Origin: Octopus sinensis
Lineage: Eukaryota
Direction of reading: 5' to 3'
DNA: 64,000 nt
NCBI RefSeq assembly: GCF_006345805.1
Contig: NC_043005.1
Coordinates: forward strand, 6,634,001-6,698,000
Below, one piece after another: positions 53,417-64,000 of this stretch; the stretch's first letter is position 1, and each line of letters begins with the position of its first letter. The position numbers and the translations under genes were made by a program. The notes beneath the pieces are model-generated. The model saw nothing but the letters and a program-made list of their open reading frames with translations. It made no database searches and was not told the origin of the DNA.

Positions 53417-53812
53417 ACCGTAAAAATTAATACAGAGAGTTGCTTATTTGCAAAAAAAAAAAAAAAAAAAGAAATATAACATGTGACTTCATTGACCGAG
53501 GTTACCGTGGTCTTTTCCGTAGGTTTTTCTTTCCACGGGTAAACCTCACCTGTCCTCCCCTTTACACTTCATATTGACATTTCTGTGATAACGATCCCTA
53601 TTGATCAATTTTTTTCCTCTCCCCCTTTTTTTTAACCCCCCCTTTTTTGTCCTCTTTCTCTCCTTTTACGATCCCTTTTGATCGACCCCCCTTTTTTTTA
53701 TTTTATTTTTATTTTTATTTTTATTTATTTTTTTTTTAAACCTTCAAAAGAAAAGCTCTACCTTGTAATTTGTTCTATCTGTGTGCAGCCCTGTGTGGCT
53801 AATAAAGAAACA

Positions 53813-53875
<63 letters not shown>

Positions 53876-53882
53876 CTAGATA

Positions 53883-56800
53883 AGAGACCTGCTCAGACGA
53901 TTCCAACTGTCTGACAGGTACCGACTCGACCACCCAAATGCACCAACGTGGACATGGAGCAACCGCAGTGGGTCGTCGAGATCGTATCTCGATAGGATAC
54001 TGTGTAGGACAGTAGACAAGGATAACTTAGGATGTCCACAATTCCACACAGTCCGCTACACGGATCACAAATTGGTGACGTGTACGCTAGACTTAGATAA
54101 AGCACATAGACAGGGTCCTGGGTACTGGAAAATGAACGCCTCATTCCCGTCCAGACAAGTTTTCAGAGACCGGATTAGCACACTAGTAAAGAGGGCTTTG
54201 ACGGGAGCCATCATCAACAACAAATGGTGGTTTGCCCTCAAGAGAGCAGTAAAAGCAGAAGCGATTAGGTACAGCAAAGCACTAGCCATAGATAGAAATA
54301 GAGTAGAGGGTGAGCTAGTTAAGAAGCTAGAAGAGGCAATTAGAAGCGGCATCGCATCCGACGTTTTGGCAGCGAGGTTGGCCCTCGACCAACACTTCAA
54401 CGCCAAACACGAAGGATGTGCTGTCAGAGCTAGGATGCGTGCTCTAAGGAACGAAGGTGTTGGAGCCGCGAGAGAGGCCCGGGTGGCAGAGGCGCAACAG
54501 GGCAACAAAGCCACCATTCGGTTCCTGGTAGATGAACAGGGGCGCGAATTGCTCGAGCCAAGTAAAATGTGTGAGGCCTTTCAGCAGCATTTTGCCCGAC
54601 TGTTCGGGACGAGTGGAGGGCAAGAACGTAGGGTGGACTTCAGTGCCTACCTACATAGCCTGCCACGACTCTCGACAAGAAAGGCAGGGTGCTGCGAAGG
54701 TGCCATCACGGCGGCGGAAGTGCAGGAAGCGATGGCAGAATGCTCGAACGACAAATCACCGGGTTTGGATGTTCTACCCTACGAGTTTTACAATTGTATG
54801 CCAGACTTGTTTGGAGACGACTTGGCAGCGGTATACTGCAACTGGCAGCAAAACGGGAGCATACCCGGTTTTGTGAGTCGAGGAGCTGTAACTCTGCTGA
54901 AGAAAGATCCAAACAAGGGAAACATTATAGATAACTTTAGACCAATCACGCTGCTCAATGCAGACCTGAAAATTTTGACAAAGGTGTTAGCCAAGAGGTT
55001 GGCGCTTGTCATGGAGAGAAACTGGTCGACAACGCACAAACGTGCGCCGTGCCGGGCCGGAGCATCCATGACAACCTCCATCTGATGCGCTACATCATAG
55101 ACAGGGTAGTTAACGAACCTGGCATGGGTGGGGCCCTGATCAACTTGGATCAATCGAAAGCCTTTGATAGGGTAGACCATCGATACTTGGAGGCAGTCCT
55201 GAGAGCGGCTGGTTTCGGTCCCGTCTTCCGCGGCTGGATAGCTGCCTTGTACAGAGGCATCCGTTCGGTAATGCGCGTAAATGGACATCTATCGAGACCT
55301 TTCGACATTGCACGTTCGGTCCGTCAGGGATGCCCCCTCTCGGCGCTTCTATACGTATTGACTCTTGAGCCACTACTGCGGAAGCTGGCGACTCTAAGGG
55401 GCATCCCGCGAGAATAGGGATGCGGGACGAGCGTGTCTGCATACGCGGACGACGTCACCGCCATAGTGTCAAGCCACGAGCACATCGAGCTGGTCGGCGA
55501 GACACTGAAAGACTACGAAGCGGTGACAGGAGCAAAAATCAACTGGGAAAAGTCAGTGGGCTTGCGGCTCGGCACCTGGAGAAGCAAGCCCATGCCGTCC
55601 ACCAGTACCTCCGTCGTGGGACGCTGGACAGACGGCCCGGTTGAGTTGCTCGGGGTCTGGTTCGGTCCGGATCTCCAAATGGAGAAGAACTGGAACGAGA
55701 TAACGAGTAGGGTGGTCACTCTCGCCCAGCAATGGGCCGAGAGGAAACTGTCCCTAAAAGGTCGGGCGGAGGTGGTGAACGCGTACATCGCGTCCATCAT
55801 CTACTACCGCCTGACCGTCCTACCTTGTCCCGACCCTACCATCACCAAACTAGAACGCATCCTCTTCCGCTTCTTGTGGAAAGGATGCGTCCCGATGGTC
55901 AGGCGATCCATTTGCTGTCAACACCCGTTAAAAGGAGGGCTGGTCATGCCGTGGTTGATGATGCGCAGACACGCGCTGAGACTGCGACATCTCCGGCTCT
56001 ATGTAGACGACGGTGAACAGGTGTGGTCACCGTTTGTGAGGCACGCATTCCCGCAACTCGTCTCCATGACCGAACTACAGTCGTGGATCAAAAAGAGGCC
56101 GAAGAAGGGCGAATGGCACCGCGAGTGTCGCGTTGCTCTCAAGCAACTCTGCCGTCCCGGGTCGACCTTGAGTGACTTCAACACAACCAAAGCATTCTAT
56201 AGGGGATTAGTGGAGGGGAGGTACGACGACGAGCTCGGGGCAAACCTGGGCGTCGACGAGGAATACCTGACCCGCCTGTTTCAAACGACTTTCGGCCCGG
56301 GACCTATGGACAACTTCCAGAGATCCCTGGCCTGGCGGTGCTACCGAGAAGCGCTACCCGTTCGGGATAAGCTCTATAGGCATGGCTCGCGAAACACGGG
56401 GCCGACCTGCCCGAGATGCGGGCAGAGCGACGAAACCGCTCTGCACGCACTCGTGCAGTGTCCAGCAATTTCCGACCTGTGGGCTTATGTCGAACGACTG
56501 CTGTCACGTGTGGGACGTGTCGGTTTATCAGCCGAGTCTATCGTTAATATCGTCACGCCTCCTTCCTTTAAACGGGAAGGAAGAGCTATTTTTATCATAC
56601 TTGTGGCTATGGCGAATGAATGTATCTGGTGGACGCGCCTGAAAGGATTAGAGACAAACACTTTCCTCTCTGGTCAATCTCTCATCAACTTCTTCAAGTA
56701 TCACTTGAAGAGGAAAGTGAGAGTAGAGAGGCAAGTTTTGTCTAGTGAATGTTTTAAAAAAAGATGGGTGAATGTAGCAAGGATGGCACGTATGAATGAC

Positions 56801-57209
56801 GAAGCCACCTTGACTATGATTCTATGAACCGTAAAAATTAATACAGAGAGTTGCTTATTTGCAAAAAAAAAAAAAAGAAATATAACATGTGACTTCATTG
56901 ACCGAGGTTACCGTGGTCTTTTCCGTAGGCTTTTCTTTCCACGGGTAAACCTCACTTGTTCTCCCCTTTACACTTCATATTGACATTTCTGTGATAACGA
57001 TCCCTATTGATCAATTTTTTTTCCTCCCCCCACCTTTTTTTTTATTTTTTTTTTATTATTAACCCCCTCCCTTTTTTTAGTCCTCTTTCTTTCCTTTTAC
57101 GATCCCTTTTGATCGAAAACCACCACTCCCTTTTTTTTACCCCCAAAAGAAAAGCTCTACCTTGTAATTTGTTCTATCTGTGTGCAGCCCTGTGTGGCTA
57201 ATAAAGAAA
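53883..57209 (+). mobile_element. 5'-truncated Tx1-like element E
   Basis: Starts inside the APE domain directly after (TATC)n; near-identical to D; ORF2 stop at 56827; ends AATAAAGAAA then (TATC)n. Confidence 0.93.
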
Positions 57210-57211
57210 CA

Positions 57212-57263
<52 letters not shown>

Positions 57264-60200
57264 ATCTCGCTCACAATGGACGGACGCTAGTCATATCGGC
57301 TCCACGTAAGTTGGCCACTTTTACATGTTTAAAACTCCTTGTTGTCAAATATTTTGTTTTAATCGTTGTGCAAGTTCATTCACTAAAAAACCTGAGAATT
57401 ATTCACGTAGAATTCCGCCCCTGTATGGGCGAAATTACCAGAAACTTTCAAAACTTTCGTGAGTTTTTTAGCCATTTTTCATTTTGAAAATGGCAACTAG
57501 AAACCACGTGGCTAGCCCGCCACTCATGCAGAACGGTAGCAAAACACTATTGCTACCACTAGCTGCTAAACATCGCAGCGTGAACACCGCTGTCACCACC
57601 ATCACCACCACCAACACCAACAACAACAAAACTAACGTCGCATTCACCATCGCCGCGACCAAAGACATTAACTTAGATTTCCCCTCACTCCCCACACCAC
57701 TTGTTGATGACAAAGGGACGGAGAAAGGGATTTCAAAAATGAATACAAACGAAAACATGATACCAGCACCACCACCATCACCACCAACAACAACAACAAC
57801 GAAATTGGCACAAAGCCGCCTACCAAAGACAACACCGCCAACACCAACACCACTACTACGACGTCAAATGCTACATCTAAGCCTTCTGCTGCTAATACCG
57901 CCAACACCAACAACACTACCATGACTTCACCTGCCACAATTAACACTTCTACTGCCAAATTCAAAACGAATTTTGCGGACGTAACAAAACAAAAAAGAAC
58001 AATTGTAAAATTCACCACACAAGAGATAAACCGCACAAAGGCACTCTTCTCCAAAGAAGGAGACAAATTGCACCTTCACATTCCACAACACATCGTGGAA
58101 AACACACAAAAAAAAACAATAATTTATAAAGTAATAAACAAGAAAACAAGAAGAACAGAAAATGCACCGCAGGAAAAAATCGAAAAATGCCTTCGTCCTG
58201 CATGGGACTCCAAGGAATATATCAGTTGGGGAAACAAATTTGGTACAGTCCAAGTACGTTTCCTCAACGAAAGTTTAGCAAAACGTTTTTCCACATTGGA
58301 GCTGCATTCGGACGACTTGGTAATGATACAAGTCTATTTAAACAAAAGGGTCACGAAAGTCCAAATAAAAAACATACCACTTGAAGTCGAAACACAATGG
58401 TTGGTCTCTGCCATCTGCTTTGAAATGACAGAGACAATGTCAGAGACAAACATCCTTGAAATCGCGGTTCTAGGAGAAAGACTATGTGGGCAAATCAATC
58501 GAATTCCTGCTTCAATTGGATGAAGCAGCAAGAGAGAAGATACCCACCGCTATAGAACTGCCAAGAGGCTACAAACTCTATATAGTGGTAGAGGGCAGGC
58601 GACCACGCTGCTATTTGTGTGGAAGCGAGACACACTTGAAAAAGACGTGCCCAACCACTGCACACCAAGAGCAACAACAACAACCACTACCAAACCAAAG
58701 CACTCCGGAAAAAAAGCTCTACTACCCACACCACCATCAACACAGAAGACGACAAGAGAAGCACACACCAAGCTAATCCGCCATCAACCAAAAACCACTC
58801 AACACCTGAAAAAATACCAACACCACCAACAACAGCAAAACCCAAAGGACAGAAAAACAAAGAACACACACACAAACTGATCCCCCATCCCTTATACCGC
58901 ATTCAACACACACAAACACTCAACAACCAACAACAACGAAAACAACAACACAACCACTTACACAGACATACATAGAAGCCCACAACATACCCCTACCCCC
59001 TACTGATTCCTCAGAAATTTCGTCGGAAGACGAAACCAGTGAGGAATGGCAAATAGCTACAAAAAGAAGGAAAATAAAGAGCAGAAACACAACCAAACCA
59101 AATGCAGACACGAACAAAGCAGGGGGAAATACATCTCACGAAGACATTTCAAAACCCAACGCAAACAGCCACACCAACACCACAAAAATATATACAGCAA
59201 ACATGCTCACAGCTATAGACACCAAAAACACAAATTTGATGGAATACATCCAATCAAAAACAAACATAACAGAAGATGACATAAAAACAAACAATCACCC
59301 ATACACAACACCACCAGACCACATCAAAATATTACACATCTCCAAAAGTCTGCACCACACACTCAAAGGCATTTTCCCCAGCGCGGTTGGTAAATGCCAA
59401 AAATATCTCACAAAGAAACTGTACTGGGATCTCCTCGGGGACAAACCAAAGGAGGAGAAAGCAAAAACTTTCGAGCAGTAAGTAACCCTCTGTTCCTTTC
59501 ACTTGAATTCTAATTCATTAGGACTATGATCAAGATTGGTTGTGTAAATGCGCGTGGCTTGGGGTCCCCTTGGAAACAAGGGTACCTCTTAAATGACATA
59601 AAGTCACATAAGTTAGAAATCATAGCCATAAGTGAGACCAGACTCCACAATCCGCGGGCCCTAAAGACCATGTTTGGCGGACAGTTCAACATTTATTTTC
59701 CCCCTTGTCTGCCGAGAATGGGCGGTAGTGGCACCGCGGTACTTTTTCACAAGAGTCTGGATCTCAAAGTAAGGACAATATTCGTAGACCCGGAGGGTAG
59801 ACTGGTCGTCCTGGATGTCGACGGCAGCAATGGGTGCGCTTTTCGACTCGTATCAGTCTACGCACCGCCCTTAACAGGTCGGGCGGATTTCTTTCAACGT
59901 CTAGAAGTATTCTTGGGAACGTCTCGTCCTTTACTCTTAGTGGGGGGATTGGAATGCTACCTTGGACACGCATGTAGACTACGTGGGTAGAGATAGGAAT
60001 AGACGGGGATGCAAATGCCTCAGAGACCTGCTCAGACGCTTTCAACTGTCTGACAGGTTCCGACTAGACCACCCAAATGCGCCAACGTGGAATGGAGCAA
60101 CCGCATCGGGTCGTCGAGATCGTATCTAGATAGGATACTGTGTAGGACAGAAGACAGAGATAACATAGGATGTCCACAATTCCACATAGTCAGCTACACG

Positions 60201-63168
60201 GATCACAAACTTGTGGCATGTACGCTAGACTTAGGTAAGACACTTAGGCAGGGTCCCGGATACTGGAAACTAAACGCGTCTTTCCCATCGAGACAGGTTT
60301 TCAGAGACCGGATTAGCACACTAGTAAAGAGGGCTTTGACGGGAGCCATCATCAACAACAAATGGTGGTTTGCCCTCAAGAGAGCAGTAAAAGCAGAAGC
60401 GATTAGGTACAGCAGAGCACTAGCCATAGATAGAAATAGAGTAGAGGGTGAGCTAGTTAAGAAGCTAGAAGAGGCAATTAGAAGCGGCATCGCATCCGAC
60501 GTTTTGGCGGCGAGGTTGGCCCTCGACCAACACTTCAACGCCAAACACGAAGGATGTGCTGTCAGAGCTAGGATGCGTGCTCTAAGGAACGAAGGTGTTG
60601 GAGCCGCGAGAGAGGCCCGGGTGGCAGAGGCGCAACAGCGCAACAGAGCCACCATTCGGTCACTGGTAGATGAACAGGGGCGCGAATTGCTCGAGCCAAG
60701 TAAAATGTGTGAGGCCTTTCAGCAGCATTTTGCCCGACTGTTCGGAACGAGTGGAGGGCAAGAACGTAGGGTGGACTTCAGTGCCTACCTACATAGCCTG
60801 CCACGACTCTCGACAAGAAAGGCAGGGTGCTGCGAAGGTGCCATCACGGCGGCGGAAGTGCAGGAAGCGATGGCAGAATGCTCGAACGACAAATCACCGG
60901 GTTTGGATGGTCTACCCTACGAGCTTTACAATTGTATGCCAGACTTGTTTGGAGATCTCTTGGCGGCGGTGTACTGCAACTGGCAGCAAAACGGGAGCAT
61001 TCCTGGTTTTGTGAGCCGAGGAGGCGTAACACTGCTGAAGAAAGATCTAAACAAGGGAAATGTAATAGATAACTTTAGGCCCATCACTCTGCTTAATGCA
61101 GGCTTGAAAATTTTGGCCAAGGTGCTAGCCAAGAGGTTGGCGCTTGTCATCGAGAAACTGGTCGACAACGCACAAACGTGCGCCGTGCCAGGCCGGACCA
61201 TCCATGACAACCTCCACCTGATGCGCTACATCATAGACAGGGTAGTTAACGAACCTGGCATGGGTGGGGCGCTGATCAATTTGGATCAATCGAAAGCTTT
61301 CGATAGAGTGGACCATCGATATTTGGAGGCGGTCCTCGGAGCGGCTGGCTTCGGTCCCGTCTTCCGTCATAGTGTCTAGCCGTCATAGTGTCTAGCCGTC
61401 ATAGTGTCTAGCCGTCATAGTGTCTAGCCGTCACCGTCATAGTGTCTAGCCACGAGCACATCGAGCTGGTCGGCGAGACACTGAAAAACTACGAAGCGGT
61501 GACAGGAGCGAAAATCAACCGGGAAAAGTCAGTGGGCTTGCGACTAGGCACCTGGAGAAGCAAGCCCATGCCGTCCACCAGCGCCTCCGTCGTGGGACGC
61601 TGGACGGACGGCCCGGTTGAGTTGCTCTGGGTCTGGTTTGGTCCGGACCTCCAAGTGGAGAAGAACTGGAACGAGATAACGAGTAGGGTGGTCACTCTCG
61701 CCCGGCAATGGGCCGAGAGGAAACTGTCCCTAAAAGGTCGGGCGGAGGTGGCGAACACGTACATCGCGTCCGTCGTCTACTACCGCCTGATCGTCGTACC
61801 TTGTCCCGACCCTACCATCACCAAACTACAACGCATTCTCTTTCGCTTCTTGTGGAAAGGATGCGTCCCGATGGTCAGGCGATCCATTTGCTGTCAACAC
61901 CCGTTAAAAGGAGGGCTGGGCATGCCGTGGATGATGATGCGCAGACACGCGCTGAGACTGCGACATCTCTGGCTCTATGTAGACGACGGTGAACAGGTGT
62001 GGTCGCCGTTTGTGAGGCACGCTTTCCCGCAGCTCGTCTTCATGACCGAACTGCAGTCGTGGATCAAAAAGAGGCCGAGGAAGGGCGAATGGCACCGCGA
62101 GTGTCGCGTTGCTCTCAAGCAACTCTGCCGTCCTGGGTCGACCTTGAGTGACTTCAACACAACCAAAGCATTCTATAGGGGTTTAGTGGAGGTACGACGA
62201 CGAGCTCGGGGCGAACCTGGACGTCGACGAGGAGTACCTGACCCGCCTTTTCAGGACGACTTTCGGGCCAGGGCCCATGGACAACTTCCAGAGATCCCTG
62301 GCCTGGCAGTGCTACCGAGAAGCGCTACCCGTTCGGGATAAGCTTTACAGACACGGCTCGAGAAACACGGGGCCGACCTGCCCGAGATGCGGGCAGAGCG
62401 ACGAAACCGTTCTGCACGCACTCGTGCAGTGTCCAACAATTTCCGACCTGTGGGTTTATGTCGAACAACTGCTGTCACGTGTGGGACGAGTCGGTTTATC
62501 AGCTGAGTCTATCGTCAATATTGTCACGCCTCCTTCCTTCAAACGGGAAGGAAGAGCTATTTTCATCATCCTTGTGGCTATGGCGAAAGAATGTATCTGG
62601 TGGACGCGTCTGAAAGGATTGGAGACAAACACTTTCCTCTCTGGTCAATCTCTCATCAACTTCTTCAAGTACCACTTGAAAAGGAAAGTGAGAGTAGAGA
62701 GGCAAGTTTTGTCTAGCGAATGTTTTAAAAAAAGATGGGTGAATGTAGCAAGAATGGCACGTATGAATGACGAAGCCACCTTGAGCATGATCCTATGAAC
62801 CCAGAAATTGAAAACAGAGAGTTGCTTGTTCGCAAAAAAAAAAAAAAAAAGAAATATAACATGTGACTCCATTGACCGAGGTTACCGTGGTCTTTTCCGC
62901 AGGCTTTTCTTTCCACGGGTAAACTTCACCTGTCCTCCCCTTTACACTTCATATTGACATTTCTGTGATAACGATCCCTATTGATCAATTTTATTTTTCC
63001 TCTCCCCCTTTGTTTTAAACCCCCTTTTTTTTGTCCTCTTTCTCTCCTTTTACGATCCCTTTTGATCGAAACTCCCCCTTCCTTTTTTTTTTTTTAAACC
63101 TTCAAAAGAAAAGCTCTACCTTGTAATTTGTTCTATCTGTGCGCAGCTCTGTGTGGCTAATAAAGAAA
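57264..63168 (+). mobile_element. Full-span Tx1-like element F (frameshifted ORF1 57490-59481; ORF2 59526-62798 with RT deletion)
   Basis: 5' UTR, ORF1 with CYLCGSETHLKKTC knuckle, APE from 59526, RT lacking the QG/YADD segment at ~61364-61449; (TATC)n at both ends. Confidence 0.92.
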
Positions 63169-63201
63169 CATATCTATCAGTCTATCTATCTATCTATCTG
63201 C

Positions 63202-63232
<31 letters not shown>

Positions 63233-63252
63233 TATATTTATCTATCTATCCA

Positions 63253-64000
63253 TCTCGCCGACCAGCTCGATGTGCTTGTGGCTTGACACTATCACGGTGA
63301 CGTCGTCCGCGTATGCAGACACGCTCGTCCCGCATCCCAATTCTCGCGGGATGCCCCTCAGAGTCGCCAGCTTCCGCAGTAATGGCTCGAGAGTCAATAC
63401 GTATAGAAGCGACGAGAGGGGGCATCCCTGACGGACCGAACGTGCAATGTCGAAAGGTCTCGATAGATGTCCATTTACGCGAATTACCGAACGGATGCCT
63501 CTGTACAAGGCAGCTATCCAACCGCGGAAGACGGGACCGAAAGCAGCCGCTCTCAGGACTGCCTCCAAGTATCGATGGTCTACCCTATCGAAGGCTTTCG
63601 ATTGAGGCCAATCACTCTGCTCAATGCAGACCTGAAAATTTTGACCAAGGTGTTAGCCAAGAGATTGGCGCTTGTCATCGAGAAACTGGTCGACAAGGCG
63701 CAAACATGCGCCGTGCCGGGCCGGAGCATCCATGACAACCTCCATCTGATGCGCTACATCATAGACAGAGTAGTTAAGGAACCTGGCATGGGTGGGGCCC
63801 TGATCAATTTGGATCAATCGAAAGCGTTCGATAGGGTAGACCATCGATACTTGGAGGCAGTCCTGAGAGCGGCTGCTTTCGGTCCCGTCTTCCGCGGCTG
63901 GATAGCTGCCTTGTACAGAGGCATCCGTTCGGTAATTCGCGTAAATGGACATCTATCGAGACCTTTCGACATTGCACGTTCGGTCCGTCAGGGATGCCCC
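63253..64000 (+). mobile_element. Tx1-like element G, 5'-truncated with an inverted 5' segment (63253-63605); continues past the window
   Basis: 63253-63605 is antisense RT (DRVDH to ELVGE); from 63605 sense RT starts at RPITLLNADLK. Confidence 0.9.

Larger units (their letters stand above)
47609..53810 (+). mobile_element. Apparently full-length Tx1/L1-clade non-LTR retrotransposon D
   Basis: 5' UTR, open ORF1, ORF2 with APE-RT-CCHC, pyrimidine-rich 3' UTR ending AATAAAGAAA; (TATC)n at both ends. Confidence 0.93.

Noticed and set aside
61364-61449. CRISPR-like direct repeats (also considered for 22364-23734)
   Set aside because: Repeats are contiguous with no unique spacers, in a eukaryotic retrotransposon context with no cas genes.
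47846-62916. Long antisense and alternate-frame ORFs over the Tx1 copies (e.g. 49070-49738, 50660-51154, 54065-54517, 60203-60655)
   Set aside because: They recur only because the copies are near-identical, and are explained by codon bias and low complexity of the sense ORFs.

Overview
AT-rich, microsatellite-laden eukaryotic DNA; the SINE and repeat content suggests a cephalopod (Octopus-like) genome, which is an inference. No prokaryotic features and no CRISPR array. One host gene is recoverable on the minus strand: a signal-peptide/LRRNT exon (29380-29199) followed by five 72-nt, phase-2 exons, each encoding exactly one 24-aa leucine-rich repeat (19753-19682, 18248-18177, 10125-10054, 5807-5736, 1919-1848); the gene runs off the left edge. 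Its introns and upstream region are packed with retroelements: R4/Dong-like RLE LINEs sitting in (AAT)n tracts, a ~550-bp non-coding element also in (AAT)n, a CR1-group LINE, a Gypsy integrase relic, a Penelope-like element with hammerhead-like motifs, tRNA-derived SINEs, a MITE and old Tx1 relics. The last 18 kb (45727-64000) is a head-to-tail array of seven Tx1/L1-clade units, each separated by (TATC)n. The two full-length copies have divergent ORF1s but similar ORF2s, and both keep apparent splice signals bracketing ORF1. Most short ORFs in the supplied track are microsatellite or antisense artefacts. Coordinates were read by eye; boundaries of degenerate elements are approximate.
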